A stretch of 64,000 nucleotides of DNA from Chryseobacterium hagamense (GTDB taxonomy: Bacteria; Bacteroidota; Bacteroidia; Flavobacteriales; Weeksellaceae). The notes beneath the pieces are model-generated. The model had not been told where the DNA came from, ran no database searches, and saw only the letters and a program-made list of their open reading frames with translations. Location of the stretch: assembly GCF_007991455.1 (NCBI RefSeq), contig NZ_BJYJ01000003.1, forward strand, positions 148,715 through 212,714, read 5' to 3'. Below, piece by piece: positions 58,130 through 64,000 of the stretch. Within the stretch, counting starts at the first letter, position 1. Each line of letters starts with the position of its first letter. A program made the position numbers and the translations under genes.

Positions 58130-59134
58130 GAATAATATTCTTTTTGTTTTTCTAATTGTATTAATATTTCTTTATTAGCATCTTCAAGTTTAGCAAATTC
58201 TTTTCCGGGGAAACTTGTATAACGACAGATGCCATTTTCATCATAATATTCATAGTCGCTATTACCGATATATCCATAGATTTCAGTTTTGAAATTAAAT
58301 CGATCATAGTAATAAATAGCAATGCTAAATTTACCATCCTCTTTAAAAATTAAAGTAACATTGATATCATTCTTAAACGGGTAAAAACGAATGGCACGTT
58401 CATATGAACCCCCATGTAGTATTATAATATCTGTCTATTGCAATCTCTTCCTCTACTTTTTTCGCTATATCATTAAAAAATTCTTGAAGATGATTATTGG
58501 CAAAAATTATCTGAGAAAAATTCTTCTCATAAAAATCAAAATAAGATTGGTCCATATCTATTAATTTACTGCTTGAAAATTGCTGTAAAAAATCGTGAGC
58601 AAAATAATCCCATTTATTATTAAATATATGCAATTGTGCACTGATTATTTTGTCAAAAATGCTTCGGATGTTTAAATATTTCCAATTATTAGGGCAGTCC
58701 TCTTTTTTATATGAAAAAATGACATATTTTTTATTATGAAGTGGATATTTTAAATTAATATCATTTTCATAATCATCGAACGGATTTGCCATCCAATGTT
58801 AAATTTTATTTTCAAAAACCAGAATATTACTCTCATTGTATAAAATCAAATCGATGCGTTTTCCATTTGAAGTTATAAACTGGGTATTGACTTCGCTGTT
58901 TGCCATCAAACTATTTAAAAAATCGTCATCATTTAAATCAGCTAACAGTATTTTCATAAACTCATCCCGCCGCTGATATTCTGTTTTCTTTTTTAATAGA
59001 TATGATAATACCTCTGTAAAAGGATTTTCATAAAAGCCTCTGGTACCGATCGAGAAAAGATTATTAGATTTTAGATTTGGATTTTCAGGAATAGTATTAA
59101 ATATTTCTTTAAGCTCAGATAGATCATTCTGCAT
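58130..59134 (-). pseudogene. Degraded PD-(D/E)XK-like nuclease-family gene in an AT-rich island
   Basis: Three collinear reading-frame segments: 59134-58799, an in-frame TAA, then 58792-58400, then a frameshift at a C5 homopolymer (58409-58413) into 58420-58130. The first segment carries RIDLILYNESNILVFENKI, a D...E-x-K nuclease-like core. GC is about 28% against about 45% in the flanks. Confidence 0.4.
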
Positions 59135-59236
59135 TTTAGGGGTTATTAATTATCATGTAAAATACGATTATTTAATTAAAAAAAGATAAACCGCTTCCCA
59201 AAAAGAAAGCGGTTTAAATTTTATTTCAAATCCCAA

Positions 59237-61669
59237 TTAAGATATCGCAGGATATTTCTGAGGATTGGTTTCATTAAACATCGCGTAGATTTTCTCGACC
59301 ATATCGTCTGCGGACGGCTTGCTGAAATAATCCCCGTCGCTGGCGTAGGCCGGTCGGTGATCATTTGCTGCAATCGTCAGCGGATCGGAATCCAGGTATC
59401 TGAAGGCTTTCTGCTTTTCCAAGATCTGCTGTAAGATGAAAGCAGATGTTCCGCCTTCCACATCTTCGTCGATCACAACTAAACGGTTGGTCTTCTTTAC
59501 GCTTTCAGCGATTTCATGTGTCAGGTCAAAAGGAATCAGCGACTGAACATCGATTACCTCTGCCGAAATACCGATTTTTTCCAGTGCTTCCGCCGCTTCC
59601 ATCACGATTCTCCAGGTTGAGCCATAGGTTACCAGGGTAACATCGCTTCCTTCTTTCGTCACTTCGATCTTTCCTACCGGAACGGTGAATTCCCCTAAGT
59701 TATCCGGCTGTTTTTCTTTCAGTCGGTATCCGTTCAGACATTCAACAATTACCGCAGGATCGTCGCTCTGAAGCATGGTGTTGTAGAATCCGGCCGCTTT
59801 CGTCAGGTTTCTCGGAACCAATACCAGGATTCCTTTGGACAGATTCAGAATTCCCGCCATCGGAGAACCGGAATGCCACACGCCTTCCAGACGGTGCCCC
59901 CTGGTTCTGATAATGACCGGTGCTTTCTGTCCGCCCTTGGTTCTGTACTGTACGGTCGCCAGGTCATCACTCATCCCCTGCAGACAGTACAGGATATAAT
60001 CCAGATACTGGATTTCAGCAATCGGACGCAGCCCTCTCATGGCCATCCCGATTCCCTGCCCCAGGATGGTTGCTTCACGGATTCCCGTATCGGCGATACG
60101 CACATCGCCGTATTTTTCCTGCATGCCTTCCAGCCCCTGGTTTACGTCACCGATATTTCCGGCATCTTCACCAAAGACTAAGGTTTCAGGATATTTTTCA
60201 AAAATTCTGTCAAAATTATTTCTTACCACTACCCTTCCGTCTACCTCTTCGGAACCGTCGGAATAAACCGGCCTGATCTCTTTTACGTTCTCCGCCTTCC
60301 ACTGGGATTGCGAATATAAATGGGAAGAATAATTATCTTTCTCCACTTCAAAGATTTCCTGGTATTTCTGCATCAGCTGGTTTCTCTCCTGAGAATCCGA
60401 ACCTCTGGTGGCCAGCAAAGCTTTTCTTACCAACTGGAAAACATCTTTCTTGGCCTTGGAAACGAGTTTATTGAACTGCCCGATAAACCCTTCAATTTCA
60501 GAGTTCTGTCCTTTCAGGTTCTCTACCAGCGGCAATACCGACTGTACCAGATCCGTAATGGTCTTCTGATAACTTTCCCAAGCTGTTTTCTGGCCTGCCT
60601 TTACTTTCTTTTTTGCTTCGTCATCGATAGCATCGAGTTCTTCTGCTGTAGCCAGCACTTCTTCTTTACCATCGATTTCAATGGAGTAATTCAGGATCCA
60701 TTCCCTGAATTTTACGAGTCCGTCGAACTGGGATTCCCAGGCCAGACGTTCTTCATTTTTATATCTTTCGTGAGAACCTGAGGTCGAGTGTCCCTGAGGC
60801 TGTGTCACCTCAATAACGTGTACCACTACAGGAATACTTTCTACCCTTGCGAACTGCTCCGCTCTTGCATAAGCATCCAGCAAGGCAGGATAATCCCATG
60901 CCTTTACCTGAATAATTTCACATCCCTGGAATTCCCCCTCTTTTCTCTGGAAACCGCTCAGCATTTCGGCAATATCGGCTTTGGCCCGCTGTTTCATGGT
61001 AGGAACCGAAATTCCATAGCCATCGTCCCAGATCGATACGATCATCGGAACCTGAAGCGCACATGCCGCATTCAGTGTTTCCCAGAAATGACCTTCCGCC
61101 GTAGAGGCATCACCAATGGTACCGAAAGCAACTTCATTTCCTCCTTTTGAAAATTTTTCAGAACCTTCGAAGGTTACGGATTTGTATATTTTGGAAGCCT
61201 GGGCCAGCCCGAGCAATCTCGGCATCTGACCTGCAGTAGGAGAAATGTCGGATGAAATATTCTTTTGTGCCGTTAAATCTTTCCAGCTTCCGTCTGCATT
61301 AAGACTGCGTGTGGCAAAGTGGCCGTTCATCTGTCGCCCTGCGGAGGCCGGTTCTCTTTCAACGCTGGTATCGGCATACAGCTGTGCAAAAAAGCTTTCT
61401 ACCGTAAGGGCATCCACTGCCAGGGCAAAAGTCTGGTCACGGTAGTACCCCGAACGGAAATCCCCGTCTTTGAAAACCTTAGCCATCGCCAGCTGAGGAA
61501 GCTCTTTACCATCCCCAAAAATACCGAATTTAGCTTTTCCTGTAAGGACTTCTCTTCTCCCCAAATAGGACATCTCACGGGAAACCCTTCCTAACTTATA
61601 ATCTTCAAGTATCTGATTTTTAAAATCTTGAAAGGAAATCTGCTGGGTTTCAATATAGGTTGTCTGCAT
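59237..61669 (-). CDS. 2-oxoacid dehydrogenase E1 component, fused alpha/beta subunits (TPP-dependent)
   Basis: 810 aa. TPP-binding region in the N-terminal half. Transketolase-like pyrimidine-binding and C-terminal domains in the second half. Confidence 0.85.
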   Translation of the reverse strand: MQTTYIETQQISFQDFKNQILEDYKLGRVSREMSYLGRREVLTGKAKFGIFGDGKELPQLAMAKVFKDGDFRSGYYRDQTFALAVDALTVESFFAQLYADTSVEREPASAGRQMNGHFATRSLNADGSWKDLTAQKNISSDISPTAGQMPRLLGLAQASKIYKSVTFEGSEKFSKGGNEVAFGTIGDASTAEGHFWETLNAACALQVPMIVSIWDDGYGISVPTMKQRAKADIAEMLSGFQRKEGEFQGCEIIQVKAWDYPALLDAYARAEQFARVESIPVVVHVIEVTQPQGHSTSGSHERYKNEERLAWESQFDGLVKFREWILNYSIEIDGKEEVLATAEELDAIDDEAKKKVKAGQKTAWESYQKTITDLVQSVLPLVENLKGQNSEIEGFIGQFNKLVSKAKKDVFQLVRKALLATRGSDSQERNQLMQKYQEIFEVEKDNYSSHLYSQSQWKAENVKEIRPVYSDGSEEVDGRVVVRNNFDRIFEKYPETLVFGEDAGNIGDVNQGLEGMQEKYGDVRIADTGIREATILGQGIGMAMRGLRPIAEIQYLDYILYCLQGMSDDLATVQYRTKGGQKAPVIIRTRGHRLEGVWHSGSPMAGILNLSKGILVLVPRNLTKAAGFYNTMLQSDDPAVIVECLNGYRLKEKQPDNLGEFTVPVGKIEVTKEGSDVTLVTYGSTWRIVMEAAEALEKIGISAEVIDVQSLIPFDLTHEIAESVKKTNRLVVIDEDVEGGTSAFILQQILEKQKAFRYLDSDPLTIAANDHRPAYASDGDYFSKPSADDMVEKIYAMFNETNPQKYPAIS

Positions 61670-61807
61670 AGCCCGATGTTAAATATTTTTAATGTTGAAG
61701 TATTTTGCTAATATACACTTTTTAAATTAATTTTAATTTTTAATAATCTTTTTTAAAAATTTGATAATAAAAAAAAATGTGTCTATCTTGGGATAAATTT
61801 GTAGGCA

Positions 61808-62101
61808 ATGGAGAAAAAGTCCACCCATATTCTTAATGCTTCAAGCAATCTTCTGGGATTTTCGCTGGTGATTATTACCTCATTAAAGATCTCGAGAATA
61901 AGCCGCAGCACGCATTTGGATGAATTTGCCGGGATGGCGTGCATGTTTTTTGCCTTCAGCTGTTTCTTTTCGTTTCTGGCGATCCGGACACAGCATGAAA
62001 AACGGGCAGGCCGGTTTGAAACCATTGCGGATTATTTATTTTTAATCGCTTTATTTTGCATAGTTTCAGCGGTTATCATTGTCACCCTGAAAATAATTTA
62101 A
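61808..62101 (+). CDS. Small membrane protein (hypothetical)
   Basis: 97 aa with two or three hydrophobic helices. A TAAATTTG -7 element lies 11 bp upstream. Converges tail-to-tail with the polyprenyl synthase gene. Confidence 0.3.
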   Translation: MEKKSTHILNASSNLLGFSLVIITSLKISRISRSTHLDEFAGMACMFFAFSCFFSFLAIRTQHEKRAGRFETIADYLFLIALFCIVSAVIIVTLKII

Positions 62102-62102
62102 A

Positions 62103-63080
62103 TCAGAATTTCCTTTCAATCACATAATCGAGCATGATGTGCAGCGATCTTTTCGCTTCGGAATCCGGAAATTCATTCAGGATGTCTTTAGCTTTCTGCT
62201 GAAAATCTTTCATAACAGTCATGGCATAATCCAGGCCGCCGGAATTTTTAACAAAATTAATCAGCTCCTTGACGCGTTTCTGGTCGGTATTGTACCGCTT
62301 AATGGTGTTGAAGTAATATTTCCGGTCTTTCTCCCCGGCCGTTTTCAAAGTATGGATGAGAGGCAGCGTCATTTTCTGTTCCTTGATATCGATTCCTACC
62401 GGTTTCCCGATGACATTGGACGTCAGGTAATCGAAAAGGTCGTCTTTGATCTGGAACGCCATTCCGGTATAGGTTCCGAAGTCCATCATTTTTTTAGCCA
62501 GATTTTCACCGGCATCATTGGACAGGACGCCGATTTCACAGCAGGCTGCAATAAGGGTAGCCGTTTTCTGGCGGATGATTTCGTAATACACATCTTCCGT
62601 GATATCCAGTTTTCTGGCCTTTTCCAGCTGCAGCAGTTCGCCTTCGGACATTTCGCGGATCGTTCTTGAAATGACACCCAGCAGATCATAGTCTTTATGG
62701 TCGGTAGAAAGCAGAACTGATTTGGAAAGCAGGTAGTCCCCTACCAAAACGGCAATCTTATTTTTCCATAAAGCATTAATAGAAAAAAAGTTACGGCGCT
62801 TAAAACTTTCATCTACCACATCGTCGTGCACCAGTGTTGCCGTATGGATCAATTCGATCATGGAAGCCCCGCGGTAGGTTTTTTCATTCACCTCCCCTAC
62901 CAGTTTGGCGCAGAGAAAGACAAACATCGGACGCATCTGTTTCCCTTTTGTTGTCACGATAAAACGGGTGACTTTATCCAGTAAAGGTACTTTACTCTGC
63001 ATGGATTCATAAAACTTCTGCTCGAAAAGTTTCATCTCCTCATTGATCGGTCGTTTGATTTCTTCTACGGTGTTAGCCAC
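62103..63080 (-). CDS. Polyprenyl diphosphate synthase (IspB-like)
   Basis: First Asp-rich motif LVHDDVVDES and second motif FQIKDDLFDY. 325 aa. Confidence 0.85.
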   Translation of the reverse strand: MANTVEEIKRPINEEMKLFEQKFYESMQSKVPLLDKVTRFIVTTKGKQMRPMFVFLCAKLVGEVNEKTYRGASMIELIHTATLVHDDVVDESFKRRNFFSINALWKNKIAVLVGDYLLSKSVLLSTDHKDYDLLGVISRTIREMSEGELLQLEKARKLDITEDVYYEIIRQKTATLIAACCEIGVLSNDAGENLAKKMMDFGTYTGMAFQIKDDLFDYLTSNVIGKPVGIDIKEQKMTLPLIHTLKTAGEKDRKYYFNTIKRYNTDQKRVKELINFVKNSGGLDYAMTVMKDFQQKAKDILNEFPDSEAKRSLHIMLDYVIERKF

Positions 63081-63148
63081 AATCTTCGGATGATAGATAA
63101 ATTATTAATTCCCACAAAGATAATTTTTTTCAGGCAATTTCAAGGGAT

Positions 63149-64000
63149 TTACTCTCCCAGTTTATCTTTCGGAATAAAATAAAGGCTTTGTTTTCCTCCT
63201 CCCAGCGGCGAATGGAACTTTTCCCCGGAGATATAAACCCCGTCCTGATCCGCTGCAATGCCTTCAATCTGCCCGATGGACAATGCACTTCCCAGATAAT
63301 AACGGCGCGGGATGCCTTTAAAAAAAAGTCCGGCTCCGGTTTCTTCAAAAATGTCCAGAAAGACTTCTGTTTTTTTGGTATAGCCGATCAGATATAATTT
63401 CTTATCAAAATAAGAAGCATCGGTCACCATAAAACCGGTTTTGTAAGTTTCTGTTTTCTGTGCTTTCTGCTTTCCGGGTATTTCCGGATTGATGAGGTAA
63501 TGGGTTGTCGATTTAGCACCCCATTCTTTGGTGAAAAGATGGATTTTCCCATTCAGGTACACCATGGCTTCCGCATCGAAATTGGTTGCGGAATATTCCG
63601 GCACAAATTCCTGCTGCTCGGGATATTCAAACGAAATTAATCGGAGGGAATCGTTTAAAGAAATATCCGAAGGAACCTGATAAATTTCCAGATCTTTCCT
63701 GGTCCCGCCATTGTTTCCGAAATCACCGATGTAAAAATAAGTTCCGTCGTTTGCCAGGGCTTCCCAGTCTTTGTTTTTCCCGTTAACTTTCAGGGTATTG
63801 ATGATTTTCCCTGTTTTTTTATCCAGTTCAAAAAGTTCCGGTGTATTGCCGCTGTCATTAAAAGTATACAATTTTCCGTTCATCAGGCTTAAACCAGAGC
63901 TTTCCCTGACTTTTTCCTCCAGTTCTGTGATCCTGTACTTTTTTATTTTCAGCAGACTGGACTGTTGTGCCAATGACAGAGCAGAGAGCGTTATGGTAAA
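63149..64000 (-). CDS. SdiA-regulated / phytase-like beta-propeller family protein (hypothetical); N-terminus lies beyond the window end
   Basis: The ORF is open to the window edge. The ...TFTITLSALSLAQQ sequence upstream of the annotated Met looks like a signal peptide, so the true start is off-window. YIGDFGNNGG resembles the SdiA-regulated domain. Confidence 0.4.
   Translation of the reverse strand, partial: FTITLSALSLAQQSSLLKIKKYRITELEEKVRESSGLSLMNGKLYTFNDSGNTPELFELDKKTGKIINTLKVNGKNKDWEALANDGTYFYIGDFGNNGGTRKDLEIYQVPSDISLNDSLRLISFEYPEQQEFVPEYSATNFDAEAMVYLNGKIHLFTKEWGAKSTTHYLINPEIPGKQKAQKTETYKTGFMVTDASYFDKKLYLIGYTKKTEVFLDIFEETGAGLFFKGIPRRYYLGSALSIGQIEGIAADQDGVYISGEKFHSPLGGGKQSLYFIPKDKLGE

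Noticed and set aside
58792-58801. Two independent small genes (111 aa and 130 aa) in the AT-rich island
   Set aside because: They are in the same frame and separated only by a TAA plus 6 nt. A third collinear segment follows after a C5 homopolymer shift. A disrupted single gene is the more economical reading.

Overview
The window reads as a chromosomal segment from a Bacteroidota/Flavobacteriia genome, possibly Chryseobacterium-like. That call rests on gene content and on the TAnnTTTG -7 promoter motifs; it was not checked against any database. No rRNA, tRNA or CRISPR array was found.

About 50 protein genes are laid out, mostly well-precedented housekeeping and accessory functions:
- two-component signalling: a PAS sensor histidine kinase (HK) disrupted by two frameshifts, a Reg_prop/Y_Y_Y sensor kinase translationally coupled to a LuxR-type response regulator (RR), and an ECF sigma / anti-sigma pair;
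- a light-sensing cluster: a DUF2805 protein, a PhrB-like FeS photolyase-related protein, a cryptochrome-DASH, an ABC1 kinase and a TetR regulator, next to GTP cyclohydrolase II (ribA) and an SDR/DUF2867 protein;
- GH29 fucosidase and GH3/PA14 beta-glucosidase genes whose stop and start overlap (TAATG);
- flotillin, a patatin-like phospholipase, lpdA, a fused E1 alpha/beta dehydrogenase, an Old Yellow Enzyme (OYE) reductase with its HxlR regulator, a polyprenyl synthase and pepC;
- an intact IS1380-family insertion sequence.

The stretch most likely to hold something new is the first 8 kb. The minus-strand genes there are, in coordinate order, a giant gene (open for at least 1,427 codons and running off the window start), then a 337-aa and a 276-aa gene; they are transcribed in the reverse order. 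The giant gene carries a repeated LLGGGGHK..LS..F / T.NTEQ.I.G.K.F module and switches from moderate GC at its 5' end to AT-rich DNA further in. All three look like phage tail-fibre or adhesin proteins. An AAA+ ATPase is transcribed divergently from them, and the shared promoter region carries a duplicated 38-bp repeat. I read this as the edge of a phage-tail-like or contractile-injection-type locus, or of a prophage, whose remainder lies outside the window; that is a hypothesis.

Other observations worth a second look:
- a 1.3-kb AT-rich island holding a degraded PD-(D/E)XK-like nuclease gene (in-frame stop plus a frameshift in a C5 run);
- an MITE-like repeat family of about 175-bp units present in three arrays, two of them flanking the DUF2805 gene;
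- a GbsR-type regulator flanked by identical TTTCAA-N7-TTGAAA operators;
- a 20-bp motif present three times upstream of the Reg_prop kinase;
- a tRNA 3'-end-like fragment in a 670-bp noncoding gap;
- several palindromes and a dispersed short motif.

No similarity search could be run. Product assignments rest on recognisable motifs and domain order.
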